Source: Pseudomonadota bacterium
GTDB taxonomy: Bacteria; Pseudomonadota; Gammaproteobacteria; Burkholderiales; Burkholderiaceae_D
Length of the DNA stretch: 64,000 nucleotides
Reading direction: 5' to 3'
Assembly: GCA_040386255.1 (NCBI GenBank)
Contig: JAZKFW010000084.1
Span: forward strand, 7,295-71,294
In this document: one piece after another, positions 29,106 through 38,314 of the stretch
How the letters are laid out: each line of letters opens with the position of its first letter
Numbering within the stretch: the stretch's first letter is position 1
The notes under the pieces: generated by a model
Told to the model about the DNA's origin: nothing
The model's database searches: none
What the model saw: the letters and a program-made list of their open reading frames with translations, nothing else
Translations under genes and position numbers: made by a program

Positions 29106-30914
29106 CTATGGTCGATCGGGCGCCGCACGCGAGCGGTCAGGGCGGGTCAGCCTGGACAAGGCATCGACACCGACCGGCGGGGTCGCCAGCCACGGCAGGG
29201 CGAAGGTTTTCCTGGCAAGCCGTCCGGTGACGCGCGCGATCTGTCTTGCCTCACCCGACAGGCGCGCACGCAGCAGCGGATCCTGCGTGCCGGTGGCCAG
29301 GATGCTCCTGTTGATCACCCAGGCAAAAGGTTCAATCCTGGCTCTGCGCAGGTCTTCCTGTAACGCTTCGGCCTGGGACACCGGCGTGGTTTCGGGAAGC
29401 GTGACCAGGATTATTCTTGTGTACTGTGCGTCTTGCAGCCGCATCAATGGCGTGACGAGCCTGCCCGCCGCTCTCCCTTCGAATTCGCGCACCATCTGCC
29501 GATGATATGCACCGGTGGCGTCCATCAGCAGCATCGAGTGCCCGGTAGGTGCGGTATCGAGCACCACGAAGGCGCTCCTCGCTTCCGCCACGATATGTGA
29601 AAATGCATGGAATACCGCGACCTCTTCGGTGCATGGGGAGCGCAGGTCTTCCAGCATCAGGGCGCGCTCTTCGTCGTCGAGTGCGGCCCCTTTCGACGCC
29701 ATGATCTTGTCGACGTAGCGCTGCGTTTCAATGGCTGGGTCGATGCGGTCGACCCGCAGGCCCGCGACGGCACCGTCCAGGGTCGCCGACAGGTGCGATG
29801 CCGGATCTGTCGTACTGAGATGAACCGACTTGCCGCGTGCGACCAGGCCCAATGCGAGCGCCGCGGCAATGGTGGTCTTGCCGACACCGCCTTTGCCCAT
29901 CACCATGATCAGACCGCTGTCCGCCTGCGCTAACTCATCAGCGAGCGCATCGAGTCCCATCCCCGCTTCCAGCGCGGGCATCGCCACAGCGGTCTCCGCA
30001 GGCAATGACGCATCCGCTGCGAGGAGGGCGCGCAACGCCGGCAACCCTACCGTGTCGAAGGGCCGCAGCGGCACCTGGTCGTGCGGAAGCCTTCGCAGGT
30101 TCGGTGGCATGTCATCGATCGCTCGCTGGCCGAGCGACTCCATCGCGTTGGCGACGGCATCATTGTTGCGCGACGATTTGAACACGCCGTTAACAATCAG
30201 CCGTTGATTGCCCAGGCCAAGGCTCTGCAATTCTTCGGACGTGCGCGAGGCTTCCGCAATCGCCCCCTTTTCTGGCCGGGTCACGAGGACTACTGTCGTC
30301 AACGCAGGGTCGGACAGCGCATCGAGTGCAGCCTTGAAACGGATCTCTTGCATCTTCAATCCGGAGTGCGGCCCCAGGCAGGAGGCGCCGCGGTCGTTGC
30401 CGGCCAAGAATCCCGTCCATGCTTTCGGCAGGCTCAACAAGCGCAAGGTATGGCCGGTCGGAGCGGTGTCGAAGATGACGTGGTCATAGAGGCTGTTCTC
30501 GTCTGCAATCAGGGAAGAAAACTCGTCGAAAGACGCAATCTCCGTCGTGCAAGCGCCGGACAGTTGCTCGAGGACTGTCGAGATGTCGCTATCGGTCGCG
30601 CCCGGGGCCATTTGCGCGATGACGCGCTGCCGATAGGTTTGCGCTGCGGCATCCGGGTCGATGTTCAACACGGACAGGCCAGGCGCCTGCGGCACGGCCG
30701 TGGCCTGGTTGCGCAATGCGACCCCGAGCATTTCGTCCAGGTTGGAAGCAGCGTCGGTACTGACCAGCAGCACCTGGTCCCCCTCATCGGCCAGGTACAG
30801 CGCTACTGCTGCCGAGAGCGGCGTCTTGCCGACTCCACCTTTGCCCGTAAAGAACATGTATCTTGTCGTGTGGTTCAATAGATCGAGCGGCGCGGGTTTC
30901 AAACTGATTTTCAT
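29106..30914 (-). CDS. arsA: Arsenite-activated ATPase ArsA (two-domain)
   Basis: Two homologous halves, each with a P-loop (FFTGKGGVGKT and VMGKGGVGKTT) and DTAPTGH. All three metalloid-binding Cys contexts of plasmid R773 ArsA are recognisable (SGACTTEIASFDEF, GASCLGPHSGL, RSPCTEEVAVFHAF). The RBS is AGGTGA. Confidence 0.85.
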   Translation of the reverse strand: MKISLKPAPLDLLNHTTRYMFFTGKGGVGKTPLSAAVALYLADEGDQVLLVSTDAASNLDEMLGVALRNQATAVPQAPGLSVLNIDPDAAAQTYRQRVIAQMAPGATDSDISTVLEQLSGACTTEIASFDEFSSLIADENSLYDHVIFDTAPTGHTLRLLSLPKAWTGFLAGNDRGASCLGPHSGLKMQEIRFKAALDALSDPALTTVVLVTRPEKGAIAEASRTSEELQSLGLGNQRLIVNGVFKSSRNNDAVANAMESLGQRAIDDMPPNLRRLPHDQVPLRPFDTVGLPALRALLAADASLPAETAVAMPALEAGMGLDALADELAQADSGLIMVMGKGGVGKTTIAAALALGLVARGKSVHLSTTDPASHLSATLDGAVAGLRVDRIDPAIETQRYVDKIMASKGAALDDEERALMLEDLRSPCTEEVAVFHAFSHIVAEARSAFVVLDTAPTGHSMLLMDATGAYHRQMVREFEGRAAGRLVTPLMRLQDAQYTRIILVTLPETTPVSQAEALQEDLRRARIEPFAWVINRSILATGTQDPLLRARLSGEARQIARVTGRLARKTFALPWLATPPVGVDALSRLTRPDRSRAAPDRP

Positions 30915-31049
30915 GTTGCTTCACCTATATGATCCGGTCCGTTTCAGGTGCCGATGAATCATGCCCGCCCCATTCTAACGGTTCGGGTCGCGTGGTGGCA
31001 TCGTGGCGTGCCGGATGCGGTTACACTCAACACGGAAGGAGATTTGACC

Positions 31050-31745
31050 ATGCTGAGGCGACATCGTGAATTTCACAAGCTGGGCAATGTTGGCTGGCTG
31101 CGCGCTGCCGTCCTCGGCGCCAACGACGGCATCGTGTCGACGTCCAGTCTCATTCTCGGCGTCGCCGCATCGCAGGCGACCCACCACAGCATCCTGGTGG
31201 CCGGTGTCGCCGGACTGGTCGCCGGCGCCATGTCGATGGCGACCGGCGAATACGTTTCCGTGCAGTCCCAGGCGGACACCGAAGCGGCAGCGCTCGACAA
31301 GGAGCGGAAGGAGCTGATCGACAATCCCAAAGGCGAGCATCTCGAACTGGCGCACATCTACGTCACGCGCGGCCTCGATCCGGCGCTGGCCGACCAGGTC
31401 GCGACCAGCCTGATGGCCCACGATGCGCTGGCGGCGCATTCCAAGGATGAGCTGGGACTGAGCGAGACGATGACCGCCAGGCCGCTGCAGGCGGCGTTCG
31501 CGTCGGCGCTCAGCTTCGCCATCGGCGCGGCCTTGCCGTTGCTGGTCGTGGTGATGGCGCCGCACAAACAGTTGATCCCGGTCACCGTGGTGACGTCGCT
31601 GCTGTTTCTCGCCTTCCTCGGCGGTCTGGCCGCCAAGGCCGGTGGCGCCAGCGTCAGGAAAGGGGTCATCCGCGTCGCGTTCTGGAGCGCGCTGTCGATG
31701 GCGGCCGCCGCGGGCATCGGCGCCTTGTTCGGCACCGTGGTCTGA
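31050..31745 (+). CDS. VIT1/CCC1 family iron/manganese transporter
   Basis: ATG 31050 follows GGAAGGAG. LRAAVLGANDGIVSTSSLILGVAAS, MATGEYVSVQSQ and the C-terminal TM helices are typical of the VIT family. Confidence 0.8.
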   Translation: MLRRHREFHKLGNVGWLRAAVLGANDGIVSTSSLILGVAASQATHHSILVAGVAGLVAGAMSMATGEYVSVQSQADTEAAALDKERKELIDNPKGEHLELAHIYVTRGLDPALADQVATSLMAHDALAAHSKDELGLSETMTARPLQAAFASALSFAIGAALPLLVVVMAPHKQLIPVTVVTSLLFLAFLGGLAAKAGGASVRKGVIRVAFWSALSMAAAAGIGALFGTVV

Positions 31746-31752
31746 AAGGTGG

Positions 31753-31911
31753 AAAATTCATGAGGCATTTGTCTTTGGGTCTGTAGCCGCTGGCAAAGAC
31801 ACCAGTAACAGCGATATTGATGTTCCCGGCGCCGCCGCGCCGGTGCTCGGCTTCAGCTACTCCTCCGAGGCCGATCGGAGTTTATCCGTAGTTCGGCTAT
31901 TCGGGATCTAG
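31753..31911 (+). pseudogene. Remnant of a nucleotidyltransferase (MNT-type) gene
   Basis: The translation KIHEAFVFGSVAAGKDTSNSDIDV carries the G-S...D-x-D minimal nucleotidyltransferase signature. There is no usable start or N-terminal region, the similarity is lost after the motif, and the remnant abuts the VIT1 stop. Confidence 0.3.
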
Positions 31912-32310
31912 CTGGAATTCGGCTATATTGACTTCGCCCGCACACCCGCGGTCGTCGACAAGGTCGGCAGCGAGCTGCCCCCTGGATTTTCGCAAAAGGT
32001 CGCCGACAAGATTCTCGGCGGCCTTCTCGACCCCGCGCGCGCACCTGAACGGATGGCGCCTCGCTAAGCAAGACAGCTTCTCATACGCAGGAACTAGCCT
32101 GTCGGCAGCGACGCACGCGCGGAACGCGTCCGCGGGCAGTAGTTACGACAATGCGCCAAGTCCGATGGGTGGTTACTCCACCAAGCTCAGAACGCTGATC
32201 ACAGTTCCATCCTGGACCCGAAATAAGTGGAATCGGACTTGGTGTCGGGACGCTTCACGATCTGAGAGCCAATGTTGACCGAGACTGCTAGCAAGCTGCC
32301 GCCCGCACCG

Positions 32311-32949
32311 CTAGAACAGGTCGATCCCATGAAGGGTCAGGAAGGCATCTGTCCCTGTCGCGGTCAGCAATGGCACGGCCGCGCCGGCGACCGCCAGGCT
32401 AACCCGGTCAAACACCGCCACGCAAGGTTCGCCCGAGAAGCGCGAGGTGAAATAGATGCCGTCGAGGTTGTTCACGTTGTCATGCACAGCCTCGCTCCAC
32501 AAGCTCGGGCCTTCATAGTCATTGACTGACATGATCAGCGTGCTTGCGCCGAACGGTGCCAGCGGCTGGGTGAAGTCGACCAGGCGCAATGGCCGTGCGG
32601 GATCGGTCACGACGCGCGAGATGCTACGGGTGTCGAACTCGGTCTGCTCGATGAGCAAGGGCACCGGCACGCCGGCAAAACGGTCGCGCACAATGGTCTC
32701 GAACACGCAGCATGATAGCGAAAAGCCGCCATACAGGACACCAAACTCGCGTCCCGGGGCGCTCCCGGCCGGGGCGTCGAAGCGGTACCGTTGGGTGGTG
32801 ACGGAGGGTTGATTGAAGTGGACGGCGCCGCGCGAGCTACGATGGACCCGGTACAGGGGCCGCGCGTGCAGGTCGATCGTGACGACCGGAAGTGTGCGGT
32901 TGGTAATCCCTGGCGGCGGAAGCGGACAACCCCCTGCCGCAGTCATCAT
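32311..32949 (-). CDS. RES-domain toxin (Xre/RES, MbcT/ParT-type)
   Basis: RYRFDAP (Arg), GVLYGGFSLSCCVFETIVRD (Glu) and GIYFTSRFSG (Ser) give the R-E-S pattern. ATGA overlap with the upstream antitoxin gene. Confidence 0.8.
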   Translation of the reverse strand: MMTAAGGCPLPPPGITNRTLPVVTIDLHARPLYRVHRSSRGAVHFNQPSVTTQRYRFDAPAGSAPGREFGVLYGGFSLSCCVFETIVRDRFAGVPVPLLIEQTEFDTRSISRVVTDPARPLRLVDFTQPLAPFGASTLIMSVNDYEGPSLWSEAVHDNVNNLDGIYFTSRFSGEPCVAVFDRVSLAVAGAAVPLLTATGTDAFLTLHGIDLF

Positions 32950-33692
32950 CCGGCCCCCTGGTCACCGTGGAAGCGGTTACGTGCCAGGACGGCCACGCGC
33001 TCAAGGTCCTGCGCGGCGTCGCTGATCCAGTCGCGTGGTGCTGCGCCGTCGAGCAAGCTGCTGGGGGATATCATGAAGACATGGATTCCCCAGGCAGTGG
33101 AGCCCGCTGCGCGCGCGATGGCGAGCACCGATTGCAGGCGCTGCTCCGGCACGTCAAACTGCCATCGCGGGAAGCGAAACCCGCGGGTTTGCCCTTCTGC
33201 CAACAGCGCATAGTAGCGGCCGTCGTTGCGGCGCTCGTTGATCACGCGGGTCGACAGGCCAACATGCTCGGAAGCCTGTTCCAGCGACAGATTGCCGGGG
33301 TTGGCATATTCCGTGCGTTTCCACGCAGCGCCGCGTTCGCGCGCGGCGGCAACCGCCTCGCTGGGAGGGTTGAGGCGCTCGGCCAGCTTCTCCTCCACCG
33401 CCTTGTTTATCATCTGTTCGAGGGTCGAACTCGCGCCATGCGCCCACCGTTTCGCTCTGATCCTTGCACGCTTGGACAAGAAGGCGGCCACCCTGCTCGG
33501 AGCATTGGGGACGAATGCGTCGATATTGCCCGCCAATGCCCTGGGTCCGCCCAGTTTTCTTGGCTGCACGAGTGGCGTCTGCAGCACGCCGGTCGCGTCG
33601 CCGTTCCCTTGCGGAGTTATGACGGAGGTCGACCCAACCCGGGGGCGGATGCGGTTTTTACTCTGCAATGGTCGGAACGGCGCGTAGGTCAT
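32946..33692 (-). CDS. Xre/MbcA/ParS-type antitoxin (HTH plus C-terminal DUF2384-like toxin-binding domain)
   Basis: HTH-like LSLEQASEHVGLSTRVINERRNDG. The C-terminus AWGIHVFMISPSSLLDGAAPRDWISDAAQDLERVAVLARNRFHG resembles DUF2384. The N-terminal ~100 aa is low-complexity, so the true start is uncertain. Confidence 0.7.
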   Translation of the reverse strand: MTYAPFRPLQSKNRIRPRVGSTSVITPQGNGDATGVLQTPLVQPRKLGGPRALAGNIDAFVPNAPSRVAAFLSKRARIRAKRWAHGASSTLEQMINKAVEEKLAERLNPPSEAVAAARERGAAWKRTEYANPGNLSLEQASEHVGLSTRVINERRNDGRYYALLAEGQTRGFRFPRWQFDVPEQRLQSVLAIARAAGSTAWGIHVFMISPSSLLDGAAPRDWISDAAQDLERVAVLARNRFHGDQGAG

Positions 33693-33698
33693 GAAACC

Positions 33699-33727
33699 AG
33701 TATAAGTCGTTACTTTGGTGACCGCAA
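33699..33727 (-). promoter_or_regulatory. Candidate sigma-70 promoter for the toxin-antitoxin pair
   Basis: On the minus strand: TTGCGG, 17 nt, TATACT, then only 6 nt (GGTTTC) before ATG 33692. This would give a near-leaderless transcript. No hairpin terminator is seen between the glmS stop and this site. Confidence 0.3.
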
Positions 33728-33738
33728 GCGCCTTGTTG

Positions 33739-35568
33739 TTACTCCACCGTCACGGATTTAGCCAGGTTGCGCGGCTTGTCGACGTCGGTGCCACGCGCCA
33801 AGGCAGTGTGATACGCCAGCAACTGCAGCGCAGCCACGTGCAGGATCGGCGACAGCAGGCCGTAGTGTTCCGGCAAGCGGATCACGTGTACGCCGTCGCC
33901 CGAGGTGATGCGCGAATCGACGTCGGCAAATACGTACAGCTGGCCGCCGCGCGCGCGCACTTCCTGCATGTTCGACTTCAGCTTTTCCAGCAGCGCGTCG
34001 TTCGGCGCGATCGTTACCACCGGCATCTCTTCGGTCACCAGCGCCAGCGGGCCGTGCTTGAGCTCGCCGGCAGGGTAGGCTTCGGCGTGGATGTACGAGA
34101 TTTCCTTCAGCTTCAGCGCGCCTTCGAGGGCGATCGGGTAGTGGATGCCGCGGCCGAGGAACAGCGCGTTTTCCTTGCGCGCGAAGTCGTCGGCCCAGGC
34201 GATGATCTGCGGCTCGAGCGCCAGCACGGCGGCCAGCGCAACCGGCAAGTGACGCATCTGTTTCAGGTAAGTTGCTTCCTCGTCGTCGGACAGGCGGCCG
34301 TTCACTTGCGCCAGCGTCAGCGTCAGCAGGAACAGCGCGGCCAGCTGGGTGGTGAAGGCCTTGGTCGATGCCACGCCCACTTCGACACCGGCGCGGGTGA
34401 TGTAAGCGAGCGCACACTCGCGCACCATGGCGCTGGTAGCGACGTTGCAGATGGTCAGGGTGTGCTCCATGCCGAGGCTGCGCGCGTGCTTCAGCGCGGC
34501 CAGCGTGTCGGCCGTTTCGCCGCTTTGCGTGATCGTCACCACCAGCGTGTTCGGATGCGGCACGCTGTCGCGGTAGCGGTATTCGCTGGCGATCTCGACG
34601 CTGACCGGTACCTTGGCGACCGACTCGATCCAGTATTTGGCGGTCAGGCCCGCATAGTAGCTGGTGCCGCAGGCGAGGATCAGCACGCGGTCGATCTGCT
34701 TGAATACCTTGAAGGCGTTGTCGCCGAACAGCTCCGGCATGATGCCGGTGACGCCTTCGAGGGTGTCGCCGATGACGCGCGGCTGCTCGAAGATTTCCTT
34801 CTGCATGTAGTGGCGGTACGGACCCAGCTCGGCGGCGCCGGTGTGCGCGTGCACGGTCTTGACTTCGCGCGTGACCGCACGGCCATCGACGTCAACGATC
34901 CAGTAGCGGCCCAGTTGCAGGTCGACGACGTCGCCTTCTTCGAGGTAGATGATCTGGTCGGTGGTGCCGGCCAGCGCCATCGCGTCGGAAGCGACGAAGT
35001 TCTCGCCCTCGCCGACGCCGACGATCAGCGGCGAACCCTGGCGCGCGGCGACCACGCGGTGCGGCTCCTCGCGGCTGAAGACGGCGATCGCGTAGGCGCC
35101 ATGCAGGCGCTTGACCGCCTGCTGGACAGTGTCGAACAGGTCGCCGTTGTACATGTGGTCGACCAGGTGGGCGATCACTTCGGTGTCGGTCTGGCTGGTG
35201 AACACGTAGCCGAGCGCGGTCAGTTCGGCGCGCAGTTCGTCGTGGTTCTCGATAATGCCGTTGTGGACCAGCGCGATGCGGGCCGATTCTTCGGTCGGCG
35301 AAAAGTGCGGGTGCGCATTGTGCGACAGCGGCGCGCCGTGCGTTGCCCAGCGCGTGTGGGCGATGCCGGTGAAGCCTTCCATGCCGGCACTGTTCATCTG
35401 AGCTTCCAGCTCGGTGACGCGCGAGGTGCTGCGCGAACGCTGCAGCTTGCCGTCCCGATGCAGGGCGACGCCGCAGGAGTCATACCCGCGATACTCGAGG
35501 CGCTTCAGGCCTTCGAGCAGGATAGGGGTGATGTTACGCTGCGCTACTGCTCCGACGATGCCGCACAT
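33739..35568 (-). CDS. glmS: Glutamine--fructose-6-phosphate aminotransferase
   Basis: [33 protein letters not shown] (N-terminal Cys nucleophile), two SIS domains, C-terminal ...NLAKSVTVE. 609 aa. Confidence 0.97.
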   Translation of the reverse strand: MCGIVGAVAQRNITPILLEGLKRLEYRGYDSCGVALHRDGKLQRSRSTSRVTELEAQMNSAGMEGFTGIAHTRWATHGAPLSHNAHPHFSPTEESARIALVHNGIIENHDELRAELTALGYVFTSQTDTEVIAHLVDHMYNGDLFDTVQQAVKRLHGAYAIAVFSREEPHRVVAARQGSPLIVGVGEGENFVASDAMALAGTTDQIIYLEEGDVVDLQLGRYWIVDVDGRAVTREVKTVHAHTGAAELGPYRHYMQKEIFEQPRVIGDTLEGVTGIMPELFGDNAFKVFKQIDRVLILACGTSYYAGLTAKYWIESVAKVPVSVEIASEYRYRDSVPHPNTLVVTITQSGETADTLAALKHARSLGMEHTLTICNVATSAMVRECALAYITRAGVEVGVASTKAFTTQLAALFLLTLTLAQVNGRLSDDEEATYLKQMRHLPVALAAVLALEPQIIAWADDFARKENALFLGRGIHYPIALEGALKLKEISYIHAEAYPAGELKHGPLALVTEEMPVVTIAPNDALLEKLKSNMQEVRARGGQLYVFADVDSRITSGDGVHVIRLPEHYGLLSPILHVAALQLLAYHTALARGTDVDKPRNLAKSVTVE

Positions 35569-35731
35569 AGGGACCTCATTTGAAAGATTGACAATGGATG
35601 TATCCTAGATGAATCTGTTTGAAATAAGCTTTCTAAATCGCGGCTGTTTTGGCATATTATTTCATGGCGGGGAACCTATGAAATATAATTTCATTTAAAG
35701 AGAATATTTTGTTTAATCGATTAATACAGCC

Positions 35732-36205
35732 ATGGCAAACCCATCAGCCACGATGGACGATGTAGATCGTCGCATCCTCAATGCCCTCCAGCTTGATTCA
35801 TCGCATACCAATGCGGAGCTGGCGGAACTCGTCCACGTGTCGCCGCCGACGTGCCTGCGGCGGGTGAAGCTGCTGACCGACGCCGGCATCATCGCGCGCC
35901 AAGTGGCGATCGTGTCGCCCGACAAGGTCGGCGCCCGCCTCACCGCCATCGTCGAGATCTCGCTCGACGTCCAGGCGGCCGAACGGATGGATGAATTCGA
36001 ATCGCTCGTCGCCGCCGAGGCCGCGGTGCTGCAATGCTACCGGGTCGCGCCCGGCCCGGACTTCGTGCTCATCGTGCAGGTGGCCGACATGCCGGCCTAC
36101 CACGCGCTGGCGCACCGGCTGTTCGCCACCCACGCCAACGTGCGCAACGTAAAAACGTATTTCTCCACCTTCCGCAGCAAATTCGAAACCCGCATCGCCG
36201 TCTGA
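35732..36205 (+). CDS. Lrp/AsnC family transcriptional regulator
   Basis: DDVDRRILNALQLDSSHTNAELAELVHVSPPTCLRRVKLLTDAGII (HTH_AsnC) plus a RAM-type C-terminal domain. It is divergent from glmS across an AT-rich spacer. Confidence 0.85.
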   Translation: MANPSATMDDVDRRILNALQLDSSHTNAELAELVHVSPPTCLRRVKLLTDAGIIARQVAIVSPDKVGARLTAIVEISLDVQAAERMDEFESLVAAEAAVLQCYRVAPGPDFVLIVQVADMPAYHALAHRLFATHANVRNVKTYFSTFRSKFETRIAV

Positions 36206-36314
36206 ACGTTGCTCTTGAGCATCATCAATGGATTCCGATAAGAAATAGTTTCTACTGGCAACACTGCGCGGTATCCATCCGGGATGCCTGCCGCAAGTCA
36301 GACAGGGGCCGGCG

Positions 36315-37091
36315 ATGGATGCGATGGTGGTGAGCGGCGCGAACACCGGCGAGGCGAGGCCGACGACCGAACTGGTGCGCCTGGCCGGCGTGCACAAGGT
36401 CTACGGCCGCGGCCTGGCCGGCGTCCATGCGCTCAACGACATCAACATGCACGTGGCGACCGGCGAGATGGTGGCCATCTGCGGCCCCTCGGGCCATGGC
36501 AAGACCAGCCTGCTGAACCTGATCGGCATGCTGGAGACGGCCAGCGAAGGCAGCGTCGTCATCGCCAACCTGCTCACCTCCAAGCTGTCCGAGCAGGCGC
36601 GCGCCGACCTGCGCAGCGAAGTGATCGGCTTTGTATTCCAGTCGTTCAGCCTGATTCCGGTGCTCACCGCGCTGGAAAACGTCATGCTGCCGCTGATACT
36701 GCGCGGACGCATCGGCGCGGCGGCGCTGGCCGAGGCGCAAGCCTACGGCGCCGAATTGCTGGCCCGGGTCGGCCTCAAGACCCAGACCCATCACTATCCG
36801 GCGCGGCTCGACGCCAGCCAGTGCCAGCGCATCGCCATCGCGCGCGCCCTGGTCACGCAGCCGCGCCTGGTGGTGGCCGACGAGGCCACGTCGCGCCTCG
36901 ACAACGGCAGCATCCGCCTCGTCATGGACCTGTTCGCCACGCTGCAGCGCGACCACGCCACCACCTTCGTCATGTCGACCCGCGACCAGCGCCAGCTGAG
37001 CCGGGTGACGCGCACGCTGCAGCTCAACGAAGGCCGGCTGACCAGCACGCCGTCGGACAGCGGGCGCCGGACCTTGCGGGTGCAAGGATGA
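36315..37091 (+). CDS. ABC transporter ATP-binding protein (MacB/LolD-like) with degenerate signature and H-loop
   Basis: Walker A GPSGHGKTS, Q-loop FVFQSF, Walker B LVVADEAT. The signature position reads LDASQ instead of LSGGQ, and the H-loop position reads STRD instead of THD. Confidence 0.8.
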   Translation: MDAMVVSGANTGEARPTTELVRLAGVHKVYGRGLAGVHALNDINMHVATGEMVAICGPSGHGKTSLLNLIGMLETASEGSVVIANLLTSKLSEQARADLRSEVIGFVFQSFSLIPVLTALENVMLPLILRGRIGAAALAEAQAYGAELLARVGLKTQTHHYPARLDASQCQRIAIARALVTQPRLVVADEATSRLDNGSIRLVMDLFATLQRDHATTFVMSTRDQRQLSRVTRTLQLNEGRLTSTPSDSGRRTLRVQG

Positions 37092-38269
37092 GCCCGCACC
37101 GGCTGGCGCTGCGCACGGTATTGCTGGGACGCCCGCGCAGCGTGCTGACGATCCTGCTGATCGCGGCCTGCCTGTGCCTGCTCGACCTGTTCGCCGGCAA
37201 CATCGCCAGCACCCGCGTGCGCCTCGAGCACCAGGCGGTGGTGGGCGAGCGGCTCGGCCACCTGACCATCACCCGCGCCGGCCCGGCCGGCGGCGGCACC
37301 GCGTTCGAGCCGGCCGACGCCAAGCGGATCAGGGCGATGGTGGCAGCGCTGCCCGGCGTGGCGCAAGTGGCGCCGCAGATGAGCGTGTCCGGCATCGCCT
37401 CCACCGGCCAGCGCTCGGCGCTGTTTCATGGCGAAGGGATCAGCGGCCCGGGCTCGCTGCAGCATGGCAAGCTCAACCCTGGCCAGCCGAACGGCATCGC
37501 GCTCAGCAGCGACCATGCGCGCGCGCTCGGGCTGCGTCCGGGCAGCAACCTGACGCTGACCGGCGTCAGCGCCGCGGGGCAGGCGGCGCCGGCCAAAGCC
37601 GAGGTGGTGGACGTCTTCAGCGTGGCCGACTTCAACGGCGGCGCGCGCGCGCTGCTGATGCCGTTCGAAATGGCGCAGAACCTGCTCGACACCCAGCGCA
37701 CCGAGCGGCTGGTGGTGACGCTGGCCGATTCCAAGCGGCTCGACGCGATGCGCGCGGCGGTGCTGGTCCACCTGCGCGGCGCCGGCCTTGCCGTCGACGT
37801 CCACACCTGGCAGGAATTGTCGGCCAGCTATCTGCACGCGCGCAGCGCCTCCGACCTGACGTTCGACAGCGTGGCCGGCATGGTGTTCGCGGTGATTGCC
37901 GCCGCCATCGCCGCGACGATTTCGATGAACGCCTTCGAGCGCCGGCGCGAAGTGGCGACGCTGCGCGCGCTGGGCATGCACAGCACCGGCGTGTTCTTCA
38001 TGTTTGCCGCGGAGGCGCTGTGGATGGCCGCGTTTGCGGTGGGCATCAGCCTGGTGGCGAGCGGGCTGATCGCCTGGGTGGTGAACCGGGCGGCACTGTC
38101 GTACACCACCCAGCAGGCGCTGACGCAGGCGCCGATGCTCGTCGAGCTCGACTTTCACCGGATGATGATGGCGGTGGTGACGGTGATGGCGGTGGCGCTG
38201 CTGGCGGCGCTGGCGCCGGCGTTCAAGGCCGCGCGCGGCGAAGTGGCCGAAGGGCTGGCCACCCAATAA
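37088..38269 (+). CDS. ABC transporter permease (FtsX/MacB-type)
   Basis: ATGA overlap with the ATPase gene. N-terminal TM helix, a large extracytoplasmic segment, and a C-terminal FtsX-like 3-TM bundle (FAVIAAAIAATISMNAFERRREVATLRALGM...). Confidence 0.75.
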   Translation: MSPHRLALRTVLLGRPRSVLTILLIAACLCLLDLFAGNIASTRVRLEHQAVVGERLGHLTITRAGPAGGGTAFEPADAKRIRAMVAALPGVAQVAPQMSVSGIASTGQRSALFHGEGISGPGSLQHGKLNPGQPNGIALSSDHARALGLRPGSNLTLTGVSAAGQAAPAKAEVVDVFSVADFNGGARALLMPFEMAQNLLDTQRTERLVVTLADSKRLDAMRAAVLVHLRGAGLAVDVHTWQELSASYLHARSASDLTFDSVAGMVFAVIAAAIAATISMNAFERRREVATLRALGMHSTGVFFMFAAEALWMAAFAVGISLVASGLIAWVVNRAALSYTTQQALTQAPMLVELDFHRMMMAVVTVMAVALLAALAPAFKAARGEVAEGLATQ

Positions 38270-38314
38270 ACCATCGACGTCATCCCGCGTTCGCCCGGAT
38301 GACGTCGATGCAAC

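Noticed and set aside
31928-32310. ORFs 31928..32278 and 31853..32071 in the islet downstream of the nucleotidyltransferase remnant
   Set aside because: They are Ser/Arg/Ala-rich translations without a start context or motifs, so the stretch is treated as decayed DNA.
33693-33760. Possible Tn7 insertion at attTn7 downstream of glmS
   Set aside because: There are no tnsABCDE-like genes in the window, and I recognise no Tn7-type end repeats. Only the hotspot position supports the idea, so it is kept as an islet observation and not called a Tn7 element.
33715-35583. 622-aa ORF antisense to glmS
   Set aside because: glmS is unambiguous on the minus strand, so this is a GC-driven open frame.
35569-35731. 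glmS ribozyme or riboswitch in the glmS leader
   Set aside because: The glmS ribozyme is a feature of Gram-positive leaders. This 163-bp spacer is simply AT-rich divergent-promoter DNA, and I do not recognise the conserved ribozyme core.
36284-38269. 661-aa ORF that appears to fuse the ABC ATPase region and the permease
   Set aside because: The first ~268 codons are an out-of-frame, Arg/Pro/Gly-rich read-through of the ATPase gene. The ATPase motifs are in the 36315 frame, and the permease plausibly starts at ATG 37088, overlapping the ATPase stop.
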